Shown here: in pieces, positions 25,100 through 39,411 of the stretch | How the letters are laid out: each line of letters starts with the position of its first letter | Position numbering within the stretch: the stretch's first letter is position 1 | NCBI GenBank assembly: GCA_951406725.2 | Contig: OX597818.1 | Coordinates: 103,664,001-103,728,000, forward strand | Direction of reading: 5' to 3' | Length of the DNA: 64,000 nt | Source: Octopus vulgaris | Taxonomy: Eukaryota | Notes under the pieces: generated by a model | What the model was told of the DNA's origin: nothing | What the model saw: the letters and a program-made list of their open reading frames with translations, nothing else | Database searches by the model: none | Program-made: the position numbers and the translations under genes

Positions 25100-25296
25100 T
25101 GGTGGGATGTCTTTGTGTCGGTGTCTTTTCCCCACCACACGCTTGAAAATCAGTGATGACGTGTAAATTAGCGGTTCGGGAAGTGAGACCGACAGAAAAA
25201 TCTGCCAGGCTCGACAGTATTTAGGTTGATTCATTCGACTAAAATTTCTCCAACGCGGTCGCAATCTAGTGACTAAAACGAGTAAAATATAATATA

Positions 25297-25374
<78 letters not shown>

Positions 25375-26275
25375 TCATACATACATATAAAAACATGTCT
25401 GTATATATGATATATTTAAGTATGCGTATATATGCATGTGAGCCGGGACGCTTATGTATATAGCTGTAAAAGAGTTTGTGTGCATTCGCTTTGGCGTAAC
25501 TATAAAAGTAATTATGGATCTTACACCAAGTATTGTACCATAACTGATAAATGGGTTGATGCTTTGGAATAACGGAAGAAAATCTAACTTCTCTTAAATA
25601 ATCAGCTTGATGTAATCAATAGTTTACCAGTTTTAACACCGGCAAATTAGCCGAGCAATATACATATATTACCTCCTTACATATATCATATCATTAAAAA
25701 ATCATAACATCGTTACCAACAAGTGAGACGTCTGCAAGAATTCTATTCATTTTCTATTCATTTTCACTTGGTGGAACCCAAGTATTTTGGTTGAACAGTA
25801 ATTAGGTATGCTGCTTCTAAGAATGTAATATATTTAATAGAGTCTCAGTCAATATAACAGACAAAATATTACGTATTCATAAGTTGAAATCTATGCTGGT
25901 TATGTCATTCACCACAAGCCAAGTAAGAAGCTGTCAGGAGGAAATATCTGTCTGAAACCAGTCGTTCATTATAATCAATATAAACTTGATATATACAAGT
26001 CTATGATCTGCTTCCATTATAATATTAAATCAACATTTATTTGCTATCAGTGCGTAGCAGATGAAATACAAAGAAAATAATAACGTGTGCCGCAACCATA
26101 TTTACTGCTTAATAAAGAATAAAGCGAAGTATCAGCATACGTTCAATTTCGCCTTATCAATGGAGTAACAGAAGGAATTTAGAGTGAAAGACTACGGTAG
26201 ATCTCCAAAGAAACTTTATATTCAATTTCAAATATAAATGTGCTTTCCTTTTTTTCTTTTCTGTTCTACTTGCAG

Positions 26276-26384
26276 AGATCATATTCAATCAAACGCAAGT
26301 CTTCTTATAAGACATTGAAAAAAAGTTTTCTATAAACTTGCGCTATAAAACACTCCAGTAGTATATTGCCGAGAATGGCGAATG
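26276..26384 (+). other. Candidate exon, 5'UTR plus start codon (ATG at 26375, MAN..)
   Basis: A long polypyrimidine tract plus tgcag acceptor and a G|gtaaga donor. All three frames are closed upstream of the ATG, which lies in AGAATGG context. Confidence 0.45.
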
Positions 26385-26676
26385 GTAAGATTTTGATTAT
26401 CTGAGCCTACAACCGAAGTTCAATTAAAATGGCCGATAATAATTTGCCAAAGAATGGATGTCTTGACTATCTATTGAAATTAATAGAGCTAATTAATATT
26501 AACGGAGTCTTTCTGTAAAGTGCAACGCAATGAAAACGTGCCATTTATACACATGGGTAAAACAGGACAGTACTATCACAAACAGCTTCACTATACGCAG
26601 GTCAACCTAGAGTTTTATATATAAATATAATATATATTCGCATCCACATACATATGTATGTATGTGTATAGTATAG

Positions 26677-26722
<46 letters not shown>

Positions 26723-27531
26723 TAGATAGATAGATAGATATATAGATAGATAGATAGATAGATAGATAGATGGATACATACATGCATACATACATACATA
26801 CATACATACATACATACATACATACATACATACATACATACACAAATACATAGAGAGACAGAGAAAGACGTGGATGTGCGGTAAGAAACTTGCTTCTAAA
26901 GTACATGGTTCTGGGTTCAGATTCACTGCGTGGCATCTTGGACAAGTCTCCTATTGCTACGGATCGACCAAAGCCTTATGAGTGGATATGGTAGAGGGAA
27001 ACTGAAAGAAGCGAAGATCGTCGTATATATATATATATATATATATATAAGTTCAGCAAAATTTAGATTCAGATGAATATGGTAGTTAAGTTAAATGCAC
27101 CAAGATTTTGTATGATATTGTCCATATAAATCAAATGGGGTGATTATATATATACAAGTGTGTGTGTGTGTTTGTGTGTGTCTTTGTATTTCATCTGCTA
27201 CGCACTGATAGCAAATAAATGTTGATTTAATATGATAATGGAAGCAGATCATAGGCTTGTATATATCAACTTTATATAGATTATAATGAACGACTGGTTT
27301 CAGACAGATATTTCTTCCTGACAACTTTTTACTTGGCTTGCGGTTCGTCAAAAACGATGATAAAATCAGTACTAGTTTTAAAAAGAATAAGTCCTGATGC
27401 CAATTTCTTCGACTAAAATCCCGTTAATGGCTGCAATCAAATGAATTAACCCGGTCAAATAATAAAAGAATATATATATATGTGTATATATGTGTGTGTG
27501 TGTGTGTGTCTGAGTGTGTGTGTGTGTGTCT

Positions 27532-27566
<35 letters not shown>

Positions 27567-27574
27567 CATGTATA

Positions 27575-27918
27575 CAGTTGCGACGACGAGGGTTCTAGTT
27601 GATCCGATCAACGGAACTAACTGCTCGTGAAATTAACGTGTAAGTGGCTTATCACTCCACAGACACGTGTACCATTAATTTACTTCTTAGGGAGTGACAA
27701 GGCTGGCCGATTGAAAATACAGGTACAACTGCAACAGGACTAAAAAGTGAGAGAATGTTGTGGTGAAAGAATACAGCGGAGTTCACGACCACCTCCTGCA
27801 GTAGTCACATGGAACTTAAAGTGTTTTCGCTATATAAACACTCACAACGCCCGATCTGGGAATTGAAACCACGATCCTATGACCGCAAGGCCGCTGCCCT
27901 GACCACTGGGCCATTGCG
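27575..27918 (-). mobile_element. tRNA-derived SINE family C
   Basis: Head CGCAATGGCCCAGTGGTCAGGGCAGCGG...GGTTTCAATTCCCAGATCGGGCGTTGTGAGTG, shared with 38489-38790, 56885-57279 and 58788-58915. Confidence 0.75.
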
Positions 27919-28307
27919 GTAAGCTTCTACACTCAAAATAGAAACCATTATGATATGCTCAATCGAGATATATTCTAGTCTTATTATTCCTTTATATTTT
28001 TTGTTACATAAAAAAATTGGCGTAACATGTATGATGGTTTCGCGGAAGAGAATATTCTATTGTTACATGAATCTCTTTCACGAACACACGAGAGTTGTTA
28101 GTACTTGTGTGAGTATTAACATACCCAAATATGCATACATGTTATGGAGACATACTCACATAGCAAGTGACCTGATCTGAGATTGTGTGCTGGAACGAAA
28201 ACAATTATAGCGTGGAAGGTGCATTATATATTATACATTAAACATGCATATATATATACACACGTAAATATGCATATATACATAAAACACGTATACAGAC
28301 TAACATA

Positions 28308-28522
28308 AGAGAGATTGCTGAAAGCTTCCTGGCTTTAACCGTGTCGCAAAAAGCCTGGTTGGAACCCTGGTTGGAGGTATTTTACAAAGATTTGAAATAT
28401 TGGAGGGCCGTTGCAATAAATGTGTGAATCTGAGAGGGGAATATGTTGGATGGAATCATAATCAACTCAACCTCCTCTAATTTATTTTACCCAAAACCAG
28501 GAACTTTTCAAACACCCTTTGG
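28308..28522 (+). mobile_element. Short mariner-derived MITE remnant
   Basis: Degenerate TIRs (GCTGAAAGCTTCCTGGCTTT and AAAACCAGGAACTTTTCAAAC) around the transposase C-terminus FEILEGRCNKCVNLRGEYV. Confidence 0.6.
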
Positions 28523-29049
28523 TATATAAAGCGAAAAATATACACAATACATATATTTTAGACGGCAATTAGAAAGATTCATACATACCCACATATACAT
28601 ACATAGACAGAAAGACAGACAGCTAGATAGACAGAGAGAGAGAGGGGGAAAGAGAGAGAGAGGGGGAAAGAGAGAGAGAGAGAGAGAGGGAAGAAAGGGC
28701 GAAATCAACAGCGATAAGGAGATGAATGCGTAAATGATTGAAATGTCTCAAGGGGAATGCAACTTTTACTATTGTAAAAAAAAAATTGTAGCTTTTAGTC
28801 TTCGGTGAAGTTTAATACATTTGTCAAAGCAAAAAAGATGGTTTCCTCTACTTTCTGAGAATTAATTATTCAAGAATACTACTATGTCCTTATTAATTTC
28901 ATGCTTTCATTATACATTACTTCGTCGAAATCCATTTGTCTTGAATTACAGTTCAGTTTAATTCCAACGCTCTGCATTCGTCCCTTTCTCATTCTCCTTA
29001 GAAACATATCACCCACACACACACACCCACACACCCATATATATATATA

Positions 29050-29225
29050 TGTGCGGGACATTCTGCCTGTGGATATGTTTGTGGAGTTATTAGCTAACTC
29101 TTCATACATCGTTTTATCGATTTTGATGAAACTTCACGCGTGAGTAGTACTCATGTATGGACACCTTGTGGCATACTCAGATCATTGGAAAAAAAATCGA
29201 TAATAGGATCCCAGGAAGGAATCTT

Positions 29226-29269
<44 letters not shown>

Positions 29270-29472
29270 ATATATATTATTTTTTAAAACCAAGGGAAAA
29301 ACCCATTCGTACCTCGAAGGGAACTTTATATATAGTCAAGAGGAATAACCCATTAATTTTCCTAATTTATTTGGTAAAAATCAAATTGAGTATGCCTATT
29401 TCTTAGCATTTGAACTGTAGGAGTTATTTTCGCAACGTATTATGTACATCCCTTAAACGAGTAAATAGTAGT
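29050..29472 (+). mobile_element. Possible non-autonomous Helitron/Helentron-type repeat
   Basis: It has a CGATTTTGATGAAACTT motif and a 3' TAGT-like end. This rests on resemblance only. Confidence 0.25.
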
Positions 29473-29655
29473 TTCCCAAACAATATATCCATATATTTCG
29501 GTCAGTGACTTATTCAGGAATACGCAACCCTGAGAACTACCACTGTATCCGCTTGTACTGCTTTATCCCTATAGACTTACAGTGTATATATACATACACA
29601 CACACACAGACACACACACACACAGACAGACAGACACACACACACACACACACAC

Positions 29656-29716
<61 letters not shown>

Positions 29717-29842
29717 ATATACATATATATGTACATACGACGTGCTTCTTTCAGTTTCCGTCTACTAAATCCACTCAAAGGCCTTTGGTTGCCCCGATTC
29801 TATAGAGTAAGACACTTGCCTAAGATGCCACGCTGTGGGACT

Positions 29843-29883
<41 letters not shown>

Positions 29884-30070
29884 GTATACAGTTGAGCCCA
29901 AAACGAGGAAGAAGAAATAGTACTTGTTTAGCAAATGTAGAGTATTATGCTAGAAACCTTTATCACACCTGTCCGATGAACGGGAACGTGAAAATTTGAA
30001 TAGGAATGTTTGCGATAATTTTGCAGCTTTAAAAATAGTATATATCCATACACACACATACATACATACA

Positions 30071-30131
<61 letters not shown>

Positions 30132-30132
30132 T

Positions 30133-30233
<101 letters not shown>

Positions 30234-31581
30234 TAGACAGTCAGACAGATTGATAGATAGATCACATAACTTTTAATTTATCCTTTTACGTAGATGTCTA
30301 AAAGTGTCTAATATTTTCTGAAGAAAATATGCGGCTCTGAATAATGTTTTTATATATTTTAGAAATATATCATTGTCAAAATATATGGAGGAAATCATTG
30401 TCCCAAAGATAGCATCAGACACTAACTCGCTCATACACAGAATGAAAGTAAATCCGACACAAACCAGACATGACATATTTCACTATATTTCCAAGCGATT
30501 AATAGCAACATGTTCATCTATTGACTAGTTCGAAACCGAATGACCAAACGAAAACACTGCCACTCCGTAGTTTCCTTTGAATATGTTTTCAAGAAAGGTC
30601 TTTCAATTCATACCTTATTTTTTTTTTTTTTTTTTTTAATGGTATTTCAAGATTTTTGATGTGAACTTCTATGTTGAAACAAATCATATTTTTATCCTGG
30701 AAGATCATTACGCCAAACTAAAAACAGATTTGGGGGAGATTGGTCATGTCATCGGCGATGTCGAGAAAGAAAGGAATATCGCAAACTATTGATTGATTTC
30801 CTAAAAAAAGATTAACCAAACGACCGATTAGTCGATTAAAATGTGAAATTGAAGTCGTGCGTGTCTTTATTGTTATTCGTGCAATGACCCTCTCAATTTA
30901 GTTTAACATGATTTAAATAGTCACTTTATCTCTTGTTACTCCAGTAATAAGTGTCTATACTCTACTATTCTTATATTCTACTATTCTTATATTCTTGTAT
31001 TCTTATATACATTTCGACCCCAACACTGCGGCCATGCGGGAGTACACCCAGCGAAAATTATGAGCCACCTTAAAAGATTTTCAAACCTTATTGGGTTTCT
31101 TTTCAGAAGTGTCTGCATCATTTTTGCGATTCCCAAAGGAAGTAGACAAGCCATCGGATACCGAAAACCTGGTATCATGAAGGTATTTCGTTTGCTAACG
31201 GTTCATAATAAAGTTGACAAGAAGAAAAGAGGAAAATTTGCATTGCATAGCACCCAGATACTCACATTTAAATAATTCTTTGAAATCTTTATTTTTCGCA
31301 TTCTGCTTGCTTTCTTCTAATTGGATGAAAATTAGTTAACATGACTACAGATATGATTCCATCAGATCTTCAGTAGACATCAAAACAGTTATATAATCTA
31401 TTTGGTATTTAGTTAATTCTAGCTCAATCTGAAAAGTTCTAGTTTATGTTAAAAAGAAAAATATTCAGTTGTTCCCCCACTGTTTTGGTCATCATTTTGG
31501 TGAATTGAAGATGCTTTTTTTTTTTTTGTCTCTCTTATCAAATATTCATTGTCATTTCAGTGAGATTTTGCTTTGTTAATA

Positions 31582-32862
31582 CGAGGGGCGTTCAATAAGT
31601 AATGCCCCTGACCCACTTCCCATAGCAGTAGAGCAACGAAACTTGGCACCGTTATTAGTCTTTTTCTACATAGGAACCAACCAGAGTTACGCATTTCTCC
31701 CATCGTTTGATGCAGCTCTGAAGACCGTTTTTGTAGAAGACCCCAGCTTGGTCCTCCAACCACGACGTGACTTCAGAAATCAAGGCTGCATCATCTGGGA
31801 AACGCTTTCCTTTCAAAAACAACTTCATGGCTGGGAAGAGGTGAAAATCAGAGGGTGCAGGTCAGGAGATAGGGGATGAGTTCATAGCCGCACGCCTGTG
31901 CTTCTGATCTGGCGACACGCGAGTTGTGGATCGGAGCGTTGTCCTGCAGGAGGGGGATGCCTTTGCTGATCTTGCCCCGCCTCTTGATTTTGATAGCTTC
32001 TCTTAATTTCCTCAAAAGTGAAGCATAATAGACTCCTGTAATTGTGGCACCCTTTGCCAAGAAATCTGTCATCACTACTCCGTCCTGGTCCCAGAAGACT
32101 GTGAGCATGACCTTGCCAGCGGAGGGCTGCACCCTTGCCTTCTTTGGAGGAGGTGAGTCACGGTGCTTCCACTGCATTGACTGGGCTTTGGTCTCTGGAT
32201 CATAGTGATGGACCCAGGTTTCATCCTGTGTAATCAGTCTTTTGAAAAATTTTGACTCATCTTCTTGGCACATCTTCAAATTCATCCTCGCGCTATCGAC
32301 GCGTTCTTGCTTCTGGAAAGGAGTGAGCAGCCTGGGAATCCATCTGGCAGACACCTTTTGCATATGCAAATGGTCATGAATGATAGTTTCCACAGACCCG
32401 GTACTAATCGTGCCCTCATGGGCTATTTGGCGAATAGTTATGCGTCGATCTTCCAAATTGGCAGCCTCAACTTGACGGACAGATGCCTCATCAATGGCAG
32501 AAGGGGGCGACCAGATCTGGGAGCTGTTTCCACAGAGTTCCGACCATGTTTGAATTCACGATGCCAGCGTTTTACAAGGTCATATGATGGGGCATCATCA
32601 CCATAAGTTACTTTTATTTCATCAAAAGTCTCCCGTGGTGTGCGTCCTTTCAAATACAAAAACCGCATCACTGCTCGACACTCAACAGGCCCCGTTTCAC
32701 ACTTGAGTCAGTTCAAACACGTGTAAATCAGAAACCACAATTAGTTCAGAGCTGTAATTTGCCACTCAATCTATAGAGATATAGGCAATTGCACATGCAA
32801 AATTGCAGCTAGATCAAACAACTGCAAGTGGGTCAGAGGCATTACTTATTGAACGCCCCTCG
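31582..32862 (-). mobile_element. Near full-length mariner (DD34D, irritans-like) with frameshifted transposase
   Basis: 37-bp TIRs CGAGGGGCGTTCAATAAGTAATGCC(C/T)CTGACCCACTT, TA target duplication on both sides, 1281 bp long. ORFs 32438..32671 and 31848..32456 contain WIPRLL, TQDETWVHHYDPE and LQDNAP. The start codon appears mutated and there are two frameshifts. Confidence 0.95.
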
Positions 32863-32984
32863 TACATCCAGCATTCAGATCATATTCTCGTTACAGAATT
32901 TCTATTCATGAACTCTAGACAAAAGAACGAGAGGGAAATTAACCAAATGAGACGTTACACAATATTGGTTTTAAATTTTAACTG

Positions 32985-33163
32985 AAGGCCAGAAATTTCG
33001 AGTGAGGAGTAAAGTCGATGATATCGGCCCCGGTGCTCAGCTTTTGTTAATTTTATCGACTCTGAAAGGTTAAAACACAAAGACGTCCTCGTCGGAAGTT
33101 AAACTTAGAATACCCCGAATCGTTTTGCGTGGTGTGTCAAAGAATCTCCCACCTCGCCGCCTT
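32985..33163 (-). mobile_element. SINE family B copy (diverged)
   Basis: Reverse complement of the AAGGCGGCGAG...CTTTC..GTCGATAAAATT motif. Confidence 0.65.
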
Positions 33164-33226
33164 GACTTCACGCAATATTAAATCTCTGTTAAATAATACC
33201 TACTCAACAAGGGACAGACATATTTG

Positions 33227-33461
33227 AAGGCGGCGAGCTGGCAAAAACGTTAGCACGCCGGGCGAAATGCTTAGCCGTATTTACTCTGCTGCTACGTTCA
33301 GAGTTCAAATTCCGCCGAGGTCGACTTTGCCTTTCATCTATTCGAGGTCGATAAATTAAGTACCAGTTACGCACTGGGGTCGATATAATCGACGTAATCC
33401 CTTTGTCTGTCTTTGTTTGTCCCCTCTATGTTTAGCCCCCTGTTGGCATTAAAGAAATAAG
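33227..33461 (+). mobile_element. tRNA-derived SINE family B, full length
   Basis: AAGGCGGCGAGCTGGCAAAAACGTTAGCACGCCGGGCG...GAGTTCAAATTCC (B box)...GGTCGACTTTGCCTTTCATC...AAAGAAATAAG. Multiple copies in the window. Confidence 0.85.
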
Positions 33462-36418
33462 AAACATTTGTTAACTCATTTTCCTATGTATGAGTAGGGA
33501 TTCAGAAATATATGAGGAGAATATTCTAGTTATAAAAGCAATCCTCCATGCAACGTTTGTTTTATGTGTTTATAAAAGGAAGAGTTTCCTCTGGGAAGTG
33601 TAACAGTAAAACTTCTAACAGCAAAATAGTATAAATGTTTCATTTAAACGCTGGACTACCTTTGATTTCATTGAATATTTTGTATATAAATATTCACATC
33701 TAATTCTAAATATGCAAATGATTTATTGTTTCTGCTTTGGTCTTTTCTCTTATGATTCCACGAAATATTCGCTGTTAATTCTATTCGGAACGCTATGTTC
33801 TTCATTTTCAAATTATTGTCTCCCAAACCAAAGGGTTTTAAGCTAAGTCAATCATAATTATATATTATGGGATTACGTTTGACTTGGTAAATCTATATGC
33901 GTTATTTATAGCTGTCGTTGCTATTATTGTGTTTACCATTTAGCTAAACCCTAACGTTTAGAAGTTGTAAGCAATAGGCGTCTTAAAACTAGCGCATCAT
34001 TCTGATTGTTGCATGATGCAATTAATGCCATTTAGAATCGCATTAGCAGCGATGAATTCTTATTTTGTTGCTGAAAATACGAGAGCATTAGTGTTAGTCA
34101 AAAATATATAAACGTTTAAATACGAGTTGAGGAATGCGTTCTAAACGATTATAATTTTCAAACATTTATTGTCTCAGGCTTCTAGTATAGCGTGAAGACA
34201 TTACGTAACTTATAAAGATATTATTATATTACTATATATCAGATAAGTATTTCTGCTTATTAATCTTTCTCAAAGAACATTAATTACTATATATTGATCA
34301 CAAGGGCAAAATCTCGGGAGAATTACGTGCGTTAAATGCTCATTTGATTCTGTAAATCTTCAGCAGGTACAATTCAGAGGTTCTTTACGTCCTTTGTATG
34401 CGAATATACCACGAACCAGTCCTGTGTCAGTTCATCCACAATGTTGGTCTCTAGATTAACTAGTCGTCTCTTTCTTATATTTATTGAGTAGAAATGCAAT
34501 ATTTGTTTAACAAATCATTTAACGCTTATTAATTTAAGTGTCAGTGCTCCTATATAATGTTCGTGAATGACTACCGTCAAAAATTTGTTGCTGGTGTTTC
34601 CATTGTCAAATCGATTAAGTTTAAAGATAAAAGTGATGACGTATAATGTTTTTAAGATTAATTAATGAAACAATTCATGTACTGTGATAATTATTTCAAG
34701 AAGGTATGTCACTTTAAACTGAGGTATTTTCAAACCCACTATACATTCTGAATAGACTACAGGTAATTATATATTTAGTGGATGATTAATTAACTATATG
34801 TGCTTTATTGTCCATCCTTAATCTAATTTTTAAGGTATGTGGATGAGTTTAGGAAAATTTTGAGTTAAAACAATAAATTATATAGTCCTTAAATCATTTT
34901 GATATAATTATGAGTTTTATTACCATTCCTTACTCTCCTTTTTAATATGTGTAAATGAGTTTCATAAAATTTCGACATAAATAAACAAAAGCTTATTTCG
35001 GTGACGCGAGAATGTTATTAGCGGCATGTAGTGACTGCATTGCTAAAACAATGATTCAGTGGTAAAAAAAAAGAACTTGATTTAATGTTCGAGGAGTTGC
35101 TTTAAAAAAAATTTTTTGCTCTTATTTTAGAAATAACACAGAATGAACTTTCTGTTTGACTTGAAATACAGATGAGGTAATTTAGATTAAGAAATGTGCA
35201 GCTAATATCAATAAGGAGAACGTAAAAAAAAATACAGCAAACGAAAACGTTAATACAGTTTGGGTTGTTCGATCACGACAAAATTATTGTTTCTTATGTT
35301 TCAAATCAGCTTGAAATGAAATAAGAAACAACGATTTTCTATGACTTAGAACAAGCATAATTGTGCACAGGAGAGATATAAAGATTTACCAATCTACAAC
35401 TAACATATTCACCTGAGAATTACATTGTTCGAAAAGACTCTAAAAATAAAGTAATAATTATTTTAAGATTTGTCATGGGGTTTATAAAGAGAAAGTGTAT
35501 CAAACCCAATCGGGAGAGGAGGAGTCTGGCGTATGAGAGGAAGTGAAAACAATTTGTTTGGAGAAAATTAGTTTTTATAAGTTAAATATTCGTTGATTTC
35601 ATATATGTTGTTTTGGCTATTTTCTCTTATTCTGTGTAAAATTTGTTATATAAAGGTAGCTAGCAGTGCATATTTCTTTGAGCTACAGTAAAAATTCGTA
35701 TTTTCAACAATAATTAATTGATTAAAACTTTTAAAAAGTTTTTAAATCCCCGTCTTTGATGGATGTAGGACGTATTAAAGCTGATACAAAGAGCTGTACA
35801 CGTAATATAGCACAAGGTGGCGATTAAGAACTTGGATCTAAAGCTGTACCCAAAGGTTTCCGCTTACTCCTCTCTAATGGCAATTTGAATTACACGCAAA
35901 CAGTATTCTCAAATGCAGCATTCTCATTGACATCGGTGTAGTTAGTCGTACGTGACATAATGAATATTAATAAGTACCTATATATGCATGTACCTACATG
36001 CTCACTCGCACTCACACACATTCTCTCTCACACACACACACACACTCACACACACACACAAACACATACACTGATACACATAAAAGTAGGTGTATATATA
36101 TGCCTGTGCGCTCGTGTGTAATATTTAGTTAATTATTCAATCAGAATATTTGCTCAAGAGTCCCAACTAAATACCTTGGAATTTTGCACTTAAAATTGCT
36201 CTGACTCCAGCAAAACCAACTATACACATTGTCATGACCGGACTGTAAATGAAAGAAAAAAAACCATATTGCAGAAATCAGGAAACTCTCTTACTGCCCC
36301 ATTATAGATGTATGTATGTATGTATGTATGTATGTATGTATGTATGTATGTATGTGTGTATGTATGTATGTATGCATGTATGTATGTATGTATGTATGCA
36401 TGCATGTATGTATGCATG

Positions 36419-36461
<43 letters not shown>

Positions 36462-36503
36462 CTCACGCACAAGATACATAAATATATATGAATATATATG
36501 TCG

Positions 36504-36639
<136 letters not shown>

Positions 36640-37211
36640 ACCCACACGCACGCATATGTACATACATACGTATATGTCTGACTGTATGTGTTATTTAATA
36701 AACACAATACATCTTTTCAGTTACTACACTTGGTAGTAACTAAGAAAACAGAAAGAAGTTAATCTACTAATTTGGCTAGCCAGGTGTGTCGTTTGAAGTC
36801 AAAGACCACACCGCATGTGATAAATTTGGGAAATAGTCGGAATATGCACAACATGTATTAACGAACTACGTAAATGTAAGCCATGCGTAACGGTAAGAAC
36901 TTAGATATTTTTCAGACTTAAGAACAGTATGACACTGTTGAGTTTTAGATTCGAAAATATCAGCAATTGTAAACATGTGGCTAGGTTCTTGTTGAGGAAC
37001 TGGAAAGTACCACCGTCTCTAGTTTGAACAGCTGTGCTGCAGACTCTAGACCACTATATTTTTAAAAGGAACTAACGTTTTGCTTCTGTCTGTTTTCTTT
37101 TTCGTTTTCCGGCGTTTCAATATTCCACCTTTTATTGCGTTTATTGAATAATATTTATCTCTGACCAGATGGGGTATTTTTGGGCTGATCTTATCATCAC
37201 AGAACAGTACA

Positions 37212-37249
<38 letters not shown>

Positions 37250-38488
37250 GTGTGTGTGTGTGTGTGTGTGTATTCGTGTATATAAATATATATATATATA
37301 TACATATATACATCGACACACACGTATATGTGAATACGTATATGCATTGTGCATTTATTGCAATAAGCAATGTTTTACGAATAAAATCTCGGCAACTCAC
37401 CAGACATGCTGTCTATACCCTTAATTCCATATAATAGTTTACGCTTGATTTCAAATGTCATCTAAGTCGAATTTATTTCTCATACAGTTGAATTCAGAAA
37501 ATATTGCAGTAAATTGAATGAAAAAAAACCGAGATTCTCCACACTGGTGTGGTAGTAGCTTAAAGCATGAGGACTTGGGAAACACAACGAAGAGAAAGGC
37601 AGTACGTGCAGCAGAATATCATGCGATGGATCATATTTATGAAGCAAAATATAACACAGTTCAAATCATGGATAACAGAAGAGGCATTCTTTCCTATTCC
37701 ACCCAAAGTGTTTGAGTCAGCTCAGGAATAATAATAATGTTTATGAAGTGCGTACAACCATCATTCGAAATCAGATAACATTTTCTCCTATACCCGGCAT
37801 ATATAGACTACTTTAATAGTCCATACATAGTTGTATGTATAGACTATTTATTCTTATGTGTGTTGTTACATATTTATGGCAACGACATGGGAAATATAAG
37901 AAACAAACTTCTATTCTTGTCGGCCTTATTGTGTAAATGAATTGATTTGTCGAAAATGATGTTTATTCTAGTATGTTATATGATGATAAAGGCCACACAG
38001 CTCACTTCGTATTTATGTACATTAATATAATCATTGTTGGATATAGAATGAAATACAAATGATGCAATGCTTGCGTTGCCCTTATTTGACATTACAAAAT
38101 TCTTCTACAATAAGGTTCTCCCTTATAAATACGCACACATATAGAAATATATAACCGGAGGCATATATATTATTACATTCGTTGATACATATACTGTTAT
38201 ATTGATATGAAGGTCGAACTATGATGCAGATAAAATTTTGCCAAGATATTGTTGCTATAAGCTATAACTGCCAAAGATTCACACAGCCTTTTCAAGAGGC
38301 GTAAATGCGATATCAGGTTTACTTAAATAATACATAGACATTGAGACGAAAGGAAAATATATTACTATCACAATTTCACAGTGAGTGTGAAGGATGTGTG
38401 ACCAAACAAAATAAACTTACTGTCGTATAATATTAATTTAGATGGGAAATACCCACAAGGAAATGAAGCATATGGTACTAGAACAATA

Positions 38489-38790
38489 TTATCACGTGAT
38501 TACGTGACCGACCAGATGTTGCTACACAACTCTGGTCACAATGCGCTTCGCATTGTTTTAGCCTTCAAATGACGCCACGCCGCTGGCTAAACGAGCAGGC
38601 CAAGAGAAGAAAGAGTGAGAGAAAGTTGTGGCGAAAAGATACGGCAGAGATCGCCACCATCCCCTGCCGGAGGCTCGTGGAGCTTTTAGGTCTTTTGACT
38701 CAATAAACACTCACAACGCCCGGTCTGAGAATCAAAACTGCCTCCTACGACCGCGAGTCCGCTGCCCTAACCACTGGACCATTGCGCCTC
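38489..38790 (-). mobile_element. SINE family C copy
   Basis: Head GAGGCGCAATGGTCCAGTGGTTAGGGCAGCGGACTCGCGGTCG; the TCG at the anticodon position suggests a tRNA-Arg origin. Confidence 0.75.
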
Positions 38791-39362
38791 AACTAGCACA
38801 ATATTATAGAAAGTGACAAAGTAATGACTAATTTTTATTGTTCCATGAATTCTAGTCATCTTGCGTATTCACATGTCAATAAATACACTTTGATTACACA
38901 TGTAAAGCATCTTTTCTTTTCCCAAATCAAAATCCATTGCAAAGTATCTGAAGGTGTTGTGATCCTATTATAAATTCGAAATCCCTATATTTAAACACAG
39001 GATGCTTCGTTTCCTGCAATATTTGCCTGAAAGACGCGGAATTTCTTTTTTTATAAAACTAAGTTATTTTTATTAGTTTTTATAAAACTAAGTTATTGTT
39101 CCCAGGCCTCCAATGTATGACAAGTTCCACAGTTATTACTACTGAACACATTAATTAATTAAAATAATTATATTTAATTGAAACTACACATTATATCCAG
39201 AGCGTTCTTGTTTTTGCTATCTCAGTAAAGTTATTTCAATAGATACACTGTGTGTGTGTGTGCGTGTGTGAGCATATATAAATATATATATAAATACTTT
39301 TTTTCCGTAAAGACATGAAAAAAACAAACCTGTGTAGATTTTAGACTATTCTTTAATAGAAG

Positions 39363-39411
39363 GTCTTAACAGCTGTTTCTAAGATATTTATTATATACCT
39401 TCATCGGAGAC
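39363..39411 (-). ncRNA. Hammerhead motif, same family as 3294-3341
   Basis: Minus strand GTCT-CCGATGA-AGGTATAT..ATATCTTA-GAAA-CAGCTG-TTA-AGAC, with one extra nucleotide at the cleavage site. Confidence 0.6.

Noticed and set aside
29968-30004. CCTGT-CCGATGA-ACG(GGAA)CGT-GAAA-ATTTGA-ATAGG hammerhead-like motif
   Set aside because: Stems I and II fit, but there is no valid NUH triplet. It is kept only as a degenerate mention.
34366-34490. Possible continuation exon of the MAN.. gene after a cagcag acceptor
   Set aside because: The polypyrimidine tract is weak, there is no clear donor, and the peptide is uninformative.
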